This document shows, piece after piece, positions 9,377 to 17,164 of a stretch of DNA of 64,000 nucleotides. The position numbers and the translations under genes were made by a program. The stretch lies in assembly GCA_027319905.1 (NCBI GenBank), contig DAHVMJ010000001.1, positions 97,421 through 161,420 on the forward strand, written 5' to 3'. Below the pieces are notes generated by a model. It was not told the DNA's origin and ran no database searches. It saw only the letters and a program-made list of their open reading frames with translations. The DNA comes from Candidatus Micrarchaeota archaeon. Its GTDB lineage: Archaea; Micrarchaeota; Micrarchaeia; Micrarchaeales; CABMGC01. How positions within the stretch are numbered: position 1 is the first letter of the stretch; the number at the start of each line of letters is the position of its first letter.

Positions 9377-10381
9377 CTACGAAGCAGGGCTTGCTCCCCT
9401 TTCCATGATCTGCCTAATGCGCCTAACCGTTTCTTCACCTGCCAGTTGGGCCGCTTCGCGTTTTATGCCATAGGCTCCGGCCGCGCAGGCGTGACCGCCG
9501 CCGCTGCCACCTATGAGACCACCTACCTCTTCCATGATGAGTCCGAGATGCATTGACAGTTTTTTGTCAAGCGGAGGGCGTAATCTCGCAGATATCGATG
9601 CTTCTGTGTTCCCCTCAACCCAGAACACCGCGGCGTCGGCATCTAGCTTGAGTGCCGTATCTGCTACAACATTAGCGTGCTCTGTTGCCCTGCCGTATAC
9701 AAGAAGGTATTTGCCGACTATCTCTGCCTTTGATGCAAAAACGTCTTTCATGACCCGGTACTTGTTTTCCACAGGTACGCTTTCGTGGAAGTACTCGGAA
9801 AAGAACGAGAAGTCCACCTTTGCGACTTCCAGCAGTTCCGCCACCTGCCTGAAGGTGAGGGGCGAGGAGTTTTGCATCTCCGCCGAATCGGCTATTATGC
9901 CGTTGAGGAGTAGCATGGCCTCGTTCCTGCCCACACTGACACCCAGTTTCTTCATGACCTCGTAGGTTATACTTGCAGTGGAGTTGTATGACTCGTCATT
10001 GAACATGAGAGCTTCAACGCTCTCGTCTTTGTGGACCGCGTGGTGGTCTATGAATAAGATCCCCGCTGTCGATGGAACCAGACGCGCCGCCATGCGGCCA
10101 AGCGCAGTCATGTTGTTGGCATCGAACACTATAACAAGATCTGGAGCTTCTGGAAGGGTGGAACTTATCCTATTCGAATAGCCGAGATATGAGAGCATGC
10201 GTTTGGCGTTGTTGGTTATGAAATCAGGAGTCACCACCTGTGCCTTTGAGAAAAAAGCAGAGAGCGCTACCGCGGAACCGACCGCGTCCCTATCGCCAAT
10301 TGTGTGGAAGGTGAGTACAACACGCTTGTCCTTGTAGACTCTCAGCTTATCGCAGAGCTCGTTTAGGGCGACCACACGCAT
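9377..10381 (-). CDS. DHH/DHHA1 phosphoesterase (NrnA/RecJ-like)
   Basis: 334 aa. GDRDAVGS, VFDAN, IDHH, GIIADS and the DHHA1 motif GGGH. Confidence 0.85.
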   Translation of the reverse strand: MRVVALNELCDKLRVYKDKRVVLTFHTIGDRDAVGSAVALSAFFSKAQVVTPDFITNNAKRMLSYLGYSNRISSTLPEAPDLVIVFDANNMTALGRMAARLVPSTAGILFIDHHAVHKDESVEALMFNDESYNSTASITYEVMKKLGVSVGRNEAMLLLNGIIADSAEMQNSSPLTFRQVAELLEVAKVDFSFFSEYFHESVPVENKYRVMKDVFASKAEIVGKYLLVYGRATEHANVVADTALKLDADAAVFWVEGNTEASISARLRPPLDKKLSMHLGLIMEEVGGLIGGSGGGHACAAGAYGIKREAAQLAGEETVRRIRQIMERGASPAS

Positions 10382-10387
10382 CGCACG

Positions 10388-10750
10388 TCAGCCCCTACCC
10401 TGGCCCTGCTTGTACAGCTGCGTTATCTTCTCTCCGATCTGTTTCTCCTTTGCTCTTAGCTCGTTGAGCTGCTTCGTCAGGGAGCCTATGCGCACTTCGG
10501 CCAACTCCTCCTTGTCCTTTATGTCTGCAAGGGCCTTTTCCTTGTTGGTTTCCACTATGACTCCGCCCACCGTTATGTACACTCTGCCGCTTGATCCGCC
10601 CACCTCTTCTTTCGCTCTTGCAAGTTCTGTCTTTTGAATTTGCAACTGGTCTAGCTGCATGGAAGTGGCTCGCAGCTGCTCCTGTAGCATCTGATAATCG
10701 CGAACTGTCTTCTCCGCCTCGTTTTCTTCCTGGTTTGTCTGCTGCGCCAT
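10388..10750 (-). CDS. pfdB: prefoldin beta subunit
   Basis: 120 aa. Two coiled-coil arms flank the central Y..VGGVIVE beta hairpin. Confidence 0.85.
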   Translation of the reverse strand: MAQQTNQEENEAEKTVRDYQMLQEQLRATSMQLDQLQIQKTELARAKEEVGGSSGRVYITVGGVIVETNKEKALADIKDKEELAEVRIGSLTKQLNELRAKEKQIGEKITQLYKQGQGRG

Positions 10751-10759
10751 AATATCTCC

Positions 10760-10924
10760 CTAGAACCTTCTGGCTCCTCCGATAACCCTTGCCTGTAACG
10801 ACTCAGTTCTTTTGATAGATATTTCCAGTTCAAAAAGCGCGCCGCTCAGCGCGGTCGTGACTCTCATTGAAGCAGCAGACTCGTGATTGTATTCAGGTTC
10901 GAATTCGATTTCCTTTGCTATCAT
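10760..10924 (-). CDS. small hypothetical protein (54 aa, below the ORF-track cutoff)
   Basis: Hand translation gives MIAKEIEFEPEYNHESAASMRVTTALSGALFELEISIKRTESLQARVIGGARRF. It fills the gap between the 65-aa ORF and pfdB, leaving 2-nt and 9-nt spacers. Confidence 0.35.
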   Translation of the reverse strand: MIAKEIEFEPEYNHESAASMRVTTALSGALFELEISIKRTESLQARVIGGARRF

Positions 10925-10926
10925 AT

Positions 10927-11124
10927 TCATGCCTTCAGTTCCTCGACGTGCACATCCTTTGAATCGACGCCCTCGAAGAGGTTTTTGAGTAGATTCTCTA
11001 TCCCAAATTTCATAAGCTTTGCCTGATACCTTGAGAGGAAGACCTTCCGCCCCGCCTCGTCTCTGATTATTACAGCGCCGCCATCGTCGACGGTCACGAA
11101 AAGCGTCTGCTTGCTGTCATACAC
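10927..11124 (-). CDS. small hypothetical protein (65 aa, GTG start)
   Basis: ORF is tightly packed upstream of the 54-aa ORF and pfdB. No motif recognised. Confidence 0.4.
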   Translation of the reverse strand: MYDSKQTLFVTVDDGGAVIIRDEAGRKVFLSRYQAKLMKFGIENLLKNLFEGVDSKDVHVEELKA

Positions 11125-11220
11125 CTTGTAGTATCTGGCCGCTGCACCACCACAGGAACTGCATATAAACCTAGCGGGACTAAGTTATAAGCGTTTACTG
11201 ACAAGATTTTGGTTTGAGAT

Positions 11221-11703
11221 ATGCCAGAGCTAAGCGAATCGGAGCTGATAGACAAGGAGGTGACGCTCAGGAACATGCGCCTCACCAAGGAGGTGCTTGA
11301 AACGCGCAGGTCCATAGTGAGATGGCTGGCGCTATCTCTAGGTGTAATTAATCCTGGCGAGTCTAGACTGAGCTCTGTTGCGGTTCTCGACGCGCTTCTC
11401 AACTTCCAGTTCATAAAAAAGAGCGACCCGAGCGTGGCAGACCTGCAGGAATACATCACCAGGAACTGGGAGAGCATGAATGAGAAGACGCTGAGGTACC
11501 ACCTCCTGCGCATGAAGAAGATGGGTCTTGTGGAAAATTCGCAGGGCAGGTTCTATCTCAAACCTCCGGCCATGGGTGACAAGTACGACGCAATTACGTG
11601 GGCTGCGGGGCTCTACGAAACAGACTACAAAGAGATAGCGGGCAAGATAGGAGAGGCTATACGCGAGCTCAGGAGCAAGAACACAATGGATGTGGTGCAG
11701 TGA
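11221..11703 (+). CDS. winged-helix (wHTH) domain protein
   Basis: 160 aa. The TLRYHLLRMKKMGLVENSQGRFYL segment looks like a wH recognition helix plus wing. Confidence 0.6.
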   Translation: MPELSESELIDKEVTLRNMRLTKEVLETRRSIVRWLALSLGVINPGESRLSSVAVLDALLNFQFIKKSDPSVADLQEYITRNWESMNEKTLRYHLLRMKKMGLVENSQGRFYLKPPAMGDKYDAITWAAGLYETDYKEIAGKIGEAIRELRSKNTMDVVQ

Positions 11704-13340
11704 AGAGAGAAATCTACGCGTGGATAGCGATAATCGTAGTGATAGCTGCGGTAGCTCTCTTCTTCCGCTATTTCTATCAGCCAACAATAAGCATCGCTCT
11801 TAGCATCAGCCCGACGTCGCGCGTACACCTGTATCCGTACCAGAAGGCAGCGTTTGAGATAAATGTGTTCAACAATGGAAGCAGCGCCATAGAGAACATG
11901 AGCCTGGGAGTGCTGATCAATGGCAACCTAAGCACGCTCTACAAAGTAACACTGCCAGCGGGCAAGCAGAGCACAATCGCCTACAACTACTCACCTACAG
12001 CGGCTGGAAATTACTCCATACAGGTGGTCGCCGACCCAGGAAAGCTTTACAACATAGCTGACAGATCACAGGCCACGACCAACGCGTCAGTGGGAGTGAT
12101 CGCCGCCGATAACGCGACTCCCTCTGAATTGCTACCAAAGGGGAATATGACCTCGTTCAGACACGCCACGCTAACGAATGGCGCGTATCTGCTGGGCACG
12201 TACATGTATGACCAATTCAACGTGAGTGAGTTTACGCTCACCGGCAACGGGCAGATAGACAGCTTCCTTAAGCCGGTTCTGAACATCACAGCGAACTACA
12301 TCAAAAACATCTCTGCAGCCGAGGCCAGCTACTCCATCAACAACAGCCGGGTTTATTCGGTGTGGATAAAGGGATACCTGTCCCCGAACATCTTCTCTGC
12401 TGCAACATTCGGCTCCAGCCTCAGCACAACCAATGTCAGCACCGCTGCCGGGACCGTGATCTTCATCAAGATGCTAAACGACACAACGTTCTGCGGCTGG
12501 TACGCGGGCGGGTGGATAAAAGTATTGGCGGAACAGTATGGAGTCGCCTGCTATTCCATAATAAATGCGACATCATCCAATGTAAACGCAGTGCAGCCGG
12601 CGGGCCTTGGAAACAGGTTCAGATCCGGCATCACAATAGCAAACGCTACCGCTCTAGGCAACTACAGCCTGACCAGCCAGAAAGGCGACTACCTTGCCAG
12701 CCTGTCTCTGATCAAGAACTCCTCGTTCGTGTATGACACCATATCAAACACGAGCGGCGAGCACAGCAACCTGTGCTTTGGACTTATAGGCTCTGCTTAC
12801 AACACGTCCTACTGCAGCGTCTACATCTTCTCCAAGTCGAACGCGCTGTCAGGGATAGCGCTGATAAGGACAACTGCATACGTGGGCGCCTACAATCTTA
12901 CAGCGTTCTCGCTCATAAATGTCTCCCATGCGGTTGTACAGGCGCAGGCCGCAGAGGGCATACTCCATGCCATCAATGTAAGTGGCACATCGCTGTCGTT
13001 CATAACAGGAATAGTGAACACGTGCGCATTCAATGATTCGTTTACATGCGGCAACATAACCTACAACAACGGCACGGTCACGTTCAGCATAAAGAACAAC
13101 ATGAGCAACACGGCGACGCTCAACAGCGTGGAATGCTACACCGCCATTGGGGTGTTCAACACCACGCTCGGAGTGGCGCTCGCTGGTGGAAGCTCGCGCG
13201 GCATCACTACCCCGTGCTATAATCTGACAACGCCGCTAAGCGGCGCATTGCTCAATCTTCACCTGAACCTCAAGCTCAACTATACCGTTTCAAACTCTAC
13301 GCGCTCTCTGGTGGGAAGCGCTTTCATACCGTTTGGATAA
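11700..13340 (+). CDS. N-terminally anchored, sequon-rich surface glycoprotein candidate (CARDB-like first domain)
   Basis: GTG at 11700 overlaps the upstream stop (GTGA). TM helix IYAWIAIIVVIAAVALFF. About 31 N-x-S/T sequons in 546 aa. FEINVFNNGS...YSPTAAGNYSIQVVADP resembles CARDB. Confidence 0.7.
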   Translation: MKREIYAWIAIIVVIAAVALFFRYFYQPTISIALSISPTSRVHLYPYQKAAFEINVFNNGSSAIENMSLGVLINGNLSTLYKVTLPAGKQSTIAYNYSPTAAGNYSIQVVADPGKLYNIADRSQATTNASVGVIAADNATPSELLPKGNMTSFRHATLTNGAYLLGTYMYDQFNVSEFTLTGNGQIDSFLKPVLNITANYIKNISAAEASYSINNSRVYSVWIKGYLSPNIFSAATFGSSLSTTNVSTAAGTVIFIKMLNDTTFCGWYAGGWIKVLAEQYGVACYSIINATSSNVNAVQPAGLGNRFRSGITIANATALGNYSLTSQKGDYLASLSLIKNSSFVYDTISNTSGEHSNLCFGLIGSAYNTSYCSVYIFSKSNALSGIALIRTTAYVGAYNLTAFSLINVSHAVVQAQAAEGILHAINVSGTSLSFITGIVNTCAFNDSFTCGNITYNNGTVTFSIKNNMSNTATLNSVECYTAIGVFNTTLGVALAGGSSRGITTPCYNLTTPLSGALLNLHLNLKLNYTVSNSTRSLVGSAFIPFG

Positions 13341-13344
13341 GGAT

Positions 13345-16116
13345 ATGGCTGCAGACATGTATGAGTTCTTTTTGTCTCGATTCGGTAGTCTGACCGATGT
13401 TCAGAAAGCAGCATTCGCGCACGTGGAAAATGGGGAGAACTGTATAATAACGGCGCCAACGGGCAGCGGGAAGACGGAAGCTGCGGTGCTGCCTCTGCTC
13501 AACAGGCTGGTCAAAGAGAAGAAAGAGGAAGGGATACGCCTCGTGTATATAACGCCTCTTAGGGCGCTCAACAGAGACATGATGAAGAGGCTTGAGCTGC
13601 TGGCCAAGGAGGCAGGAATGAGCATATCTGTGCGACACGGAGACACGCCGACAAAAGAAAGACAGCTGCAGGCCGCGTCGCCTCCGCAGATACTCATAAC
13701 CACTCCAGAAACGCTGCAGAACCTGTTCCTCTCTCAGCGGTTGAGGAACGCGCTTGGGAACGTGGAGGCTGTCGTGATCGACGAACTGCATGAACTCTAC
13801 TCGAATAAGAGAGGTGCGCAGCTCGCGGTGGCGCTTGAAAGATTGGAAGAGGTGGCAAAAAACTACCAGAGGATTGGCATAAGCGCTACGCTAGGCAGCG
13901 GCGAGGAGGCGCGCAGGTTCCTGTGCAACGGCAGACAGTGCAGGCTCATCGGCGTGAAGGGAGAGAAGGAGATACGGGTAAGCATAGAGATGCCGCAACG
14001 CCCAGAGCACGCGCACTCGGAGTTCAGACAGAAGTTCAACCTGGACCAGCAGACGCTTGCCAGGATAGAAAGAATCTCGGCTCTGGTAAAGGAATCTGAA
14101 TCCACTCTCATATTCGCGAACACGAGACAGGTCGTGGAGTCACTGGGAAGCAAGCTCGTGTACTTCAACAGGACAGAACCCTTCGGGGGCATCGGCGTAC
14201 ACCACAGTTCGCTGGACAAGGAAGAGAGAATAAAAGTGGAGAACGAGTTCAAGGAGGGGAAGGTCAAAAGCATAATAGCCACGAGTTCGCTGGAACTAGG
14301 CATAGACATAGGGTCGATAAACCTAGTGGTGCAGTACGGCTCACCAAGGCAGGTCACAAGGCTCGTGCAGAGAGTCGGGAGGGGAGGCCATAGGGAGAGG
14401 GAGGTATCGTATGGCAGGATTCTGGTAGCGAACAACATAGAGGCGCTGGAATCGTTGTCCGTTGCAGCGCAGATGCGCTCAGGCTCTATAGAGGCGCAGG
14501 CAGTAGAAGTGAATGCGCTTGACGTGCTCGCCAACCAGATATGCGCGATGGTGCTCGAATACAAGAAAATAAACACGGAAAAGATGCTGGACGTGTTGAG
14601 GCGTTCGGCGCCGTACGCTGCACTGCGTGCACAGGACTTTGACAGCGTGCTCAGGTTCCTCGATGGCGAGAGGCTGATAAGGCTGAAGGAGGGCAGCGCC
14701 AGCATAGGATACAGATCGCGCGGCTACTTCTTCTCGAACATAAGCGTGATACCTGACACGGTGCGATTCTACGTCAAGAGCACGATTGGGAATAGGGTAA
14801 TATCGACTGTTGACGAGCGGTTTGCGACGAACTACCTTGAAGAAGGCACGACGTTCATAACCAAGGGGCTTCCGTGGAAGGTAGTAAGCATAGACAAGGA
14901 CGTCGTGTTCGTAGAGCAGAGCGAGGAATTTGAGGCGGCAGTACCAGACTGGGAGGGGGAAGACATACCGGTATCCAGGGCGACGGCGGCAGGAGTGTAT
15001 GCCATATTTGACAAGGGCATACTGGACGGGGAGGAAACGCTTGGGAAGGACGCGTCGACGTTGGTGTCAGGGTTTATGGAGTCACAGAAGAAGTATTTCT
15101 CCCCTTCGAGCTCGACGCTCTTCGTGGAGGAGTTGGAGGGCTACGCAGTTGCGCACATGGCCCTTGGAAAGCTTGCGAACGAGTTTATAGGGAAGGTGGT
15201 CGGTTACGTGGCGTCGCAGTCCTCTGGAGGAAGGGTATCCGTGAGAGCCACGCCGTACGCACTTATAGTTGACTTCGGAGGGGCGAAGAGGAGACCGAGC
15301 ATGAAGAAGGTGTTCGAGACAATAAAGAACTACGACATCGGTGGGATGATAAGCAGCGACAGCTTCATCGCCGCCACGGACCTCTTCAGATACAAGTTTG
15401 TTCAGGTGTGCAAGCTCTTCGGGATAGTGGAGAAGAAAGCGACAATAACCAAGAGCAACGCCGACAGGTTGATCCGCTTCTATAAGGACTCGCCAATTGC
15501 AGATGAAACCGTGCGCGACCTCAAGAAAAACTACTTCGACATGGAGAGCGCGATGGAATTCATAAATGGTTTACGGAAGGGCAGCATCCACGTCGCGGTG
15601 CTGGAGGGAACCGCTTCACCTCTTGCCGAGGAGATAATGAGAGCCACGTATGCATACAGAGAGCTCCTGCTACCTGCTATGCCAGACGAAGCCACGATAA
15701 ACGAGCTGGAACAGAAGATAAACGAGAAGAAGGTGGAACTGCTGTGCACCTACTGCGGACTTGAGTTTTCGAGACAGATACACGTGAAGAAGGACGAGTT
15801 GCTTGCTTGCTTGCGCTGCAAAAGCCCCATGCTCTGTATGGGCGGTGAGGGGAAGGCCGCTGCAGTAAGGAAGAAGATTGCAGGCAGAGAACTCGGAGTC
15901 GTCGATACCGGGAACTACAAGGAGGCTATGCTGGAAGCGGGACTGGTAGAGGCATATGGCAGCAGGGCTGTGGCGGCGTTGTCCGTTTATGGGGTCGGGG
16001 CCGCAACAGCGGCAAGAATGCTCAGACTCCTCAGGAAAAGTCACAAGCAGTTCTTGATAGATCTTATCGAGGCGCAGAAGAACTTTGTCAGGACCAAGAA
16101 GTACTGGAAGATCTGA
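13345..16116 (+). CDS. Lhr-type large superfamily-2 helicase
   Basis: About 923 aa. Q-motif region, APTGSGKTEAA (Walker A), DELHE (motif II), SAT, HHSSL..EER, and a late CxxC...CxxC zinc element. Confidence 0.85.
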   Translation: MAADMYEFFLSRFGSLTDVQKAAFAHVENGENCIITAPTGSGKTEAAVLPLLNRLVKEKKEEGIRLVYITPLRALNRDMMKRLELLAKEAGMSISVRHGDTPTKERQLQAASPPQILITTPETLQNLFLSQRLRNALGNVEAVVIDELHELYSNKRGAQLAVALERLEEVAKNYQRIGISATLGSGEEARRFLCNGRQCRLIGVKGEKEIRVSIEMPQRPEHAHSEFRQKFNLDQQTLARIERISALVKESESTLIFANTRQVVESLGSKLVYFNRTEPFGGIGVHHSSLDKEERIKVENEFKEGKVKSIIATSSLELGIDIGSINLVVQYGSPRQVTRLVQRVGRGGHREREVSYGRILVANNIEALESLSVAAQMRSGSIEAQAVEVNALDVLANQICAMVLEYKKINTEKMLDVLRRSAPYAALRAQDFDSVLRFLDGERLIRLKEGSASIGYRSRGYFFSNISVIPDTVRFYVKSTIGNRVISTVDERFATNYLEEGTTFITKGLPWKVVSIDKDVVFVEQSEEFEAAVPDWEGEDIPVSRATAAGVYAIFDKGILDGEETLGKDASTLVSGFMESQKKYFSPSSSTLFVEELEGYAVAHMALGKLANEFIGKVVGYVASQSSGGRVSVRATPYALIVDFGGAKRRPSMKKVFETIKNYDIGGMISSDSFIAATDLFRYKFVQVCKLFGIVEKKATITKSNADRLIRFYKDSPIADETVRDLKKNYFDMESAMEFINGLRKGSIHVAVLEGTASPLAEEIMRATYAYRELLLPAMPDEATINELEQKINEKKVELLCTYCGLEFSRQIHVKKDELLACLRCKSPMLCMGGEGKAAAVRKKIAGRELGVVDTGNYKEAMLEAGLVEAYGSRAVAALSVYGVGAATAARMLRLLRKSHKQFLIDLIEAQKNFVRTKKYWKI

Positions 16117-16138
16117 AAGCAGGTAAAAACCATTAAAA

Positions 16139-16450
16139 ATGCGCAGAACAATAGCCACTGAGGATAAAATGGGCGGACCGGGGAACACGAAGGTTTTGGA
16201 GAACGGAAAGCGATCGGAGGTACTAAAGTACATCGCTGAACACGGTCCATCACTCCTTCGAGAAATTTCTAGAACATTGGCGAAAAATGAGACCGAGAGG
16301 AAGCAGGTGTATGCAGCATTGAGGGATCTCGTCGATGGCGGCGTGCTTGTCGATCCTTTGGTTGAAGTCAGAAGAGACGGACAAGGTAACAGGATAAGGA
16401 TCTGGGCGAAGGAGTACCAGTTTACTCCACATCTTCAGGAATCAGCCTGA
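16139..16450 (+). CDS. small wHTH transcription-regulator-like protein
   Basis: 103 aa. RSEVLKYIAEHGPSLLREISRTL...VYAALRDLVDGGVL fits an ArsR/MarR-like wH. Confidence 0.65.
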   Translation: MRRTIATEDKMGGPGNTKVLENGKRSEVLKYIAEHGPSLLREISRTLAKNETERKQVYAALRDLVDGGVLVDPLVEVRRDGQGNRIRIWAKEYQFTPHLQESA

Positions 16451-16500
16451 CAGTATCAGAATAACAACTTTCTGCGTCTATTTCGGAAACTGAAGAATTG

Positions 16501-16508
16501 TTTAAATA
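16501..16508 (+). promoter_or_regulatory. TATA box (TTTAAATA) for the 16538 gene
   Basis: Consensus archaeal TATA lies 37 nt upstream of ATG 16538. It is preceded at -32 nt by the 15-mer TATCAGAATAACAAC (16454-16468). Confidence 0.4.
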
Positions 16509-16537
16509 GCGAGAAACCCATAACTATTATTGATGGA

Positions 16538-17164
16538 ATGGAGCTATTTGAAGAGATAGACAGCGACAAAGAACATCCGGTTCCGAAGGTTGCTATCCAA
16601 ACAACGGTACACATCGGAGGCATGGATATCAAGACGTACGTTTTAAGCTCCTATCTTAGATTCAGAAGCGGAAGCACGCAGGTGGCGTATAGATGGCAGG
16701 CACCTGATGAGAACGACCTAATCGAGATCACATACACTTTAAGCAACATACTCAACCACTTTTCTACAACACAGGAAGGCAGGTTTAACGGAAAATACGT
16801 ACACGAGGAAGGCGTGGCTTTTCTTTACGCCTACACCTCCGGCTCTCCCAAAAAAGTGTCCATTGGCGTTGACCTTGAGCTAATAAGGAAGTCGGCTACC
16901 TGGAATGAGAACCCGATGGTGGACTCTTGGACGTTCGAGACAACTGTAAAAGACTGGGCGGCCAACGCGAAGGCTTTCCCAAGAGAGCAGGGGATTATGT
17001 GTATGGCTGAGACTGTTCTCCTCGGCCGCGAACTAGAACTGAAGCTTGCTTCTAGGAACAGGAATGAGTTTCTGTCAAAGTTCCCTGAGCTTCCGGCATC
17101 GCTTAGAGCACAAACGCTGTTGCAGGATTCTAAAGTGCACTTCTCCAGGGCCCGCGTGAGCTAG
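16538..17164 (+). CDS. hypothetical protein (208 aa)
   Basis: Clean ORF with its own TATA box. No motif recognised. It overlaps the gyrA stop convergently by 4 nt. Confidence 0.55.
   Translation: MELFEEIDSDKEHPVPKVAIQTTVHIGGMDIKTYVLSSYLRFRSGSTQVAYRWQAPDENDLIEITYTLSNILNHFSTTQEGRFNGKYVHEEGVAFLYAYTSGSPKKVSIGVDLELIRKSATWNENPMVDSWTFETTVKDWAANAKAFPREQGIMCMAETVLLGRELELKLASRNRNEFLSKFPELPASLRAQTLLQDSKVHFSRARVS

Noticed and set aside
11125-11160. C-S-S-C half zinc knuckle in frame upstream of the 65-aa ORF
   Set aside because: No ATG, GTG or TTG start lies upstream of it before the in-frame stop, so it cannot be included in the protein.
11598-11699. Upstream ATG extension of the glycoprotein ORF (the 580-aa version)
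   Set aside because: The extension lies entirely inside the preceding wHTH gene and is R/G/Q-rich. GTG 11700 gives a protein that starts right at the signal-anchor helix with a GTGA stop-start overlap.
13863-14705. 280-aa minus-strand ORF
   Set aside because: It is antisense to the Lhr-type helicase. The S/L/C-rich translation has no start context.
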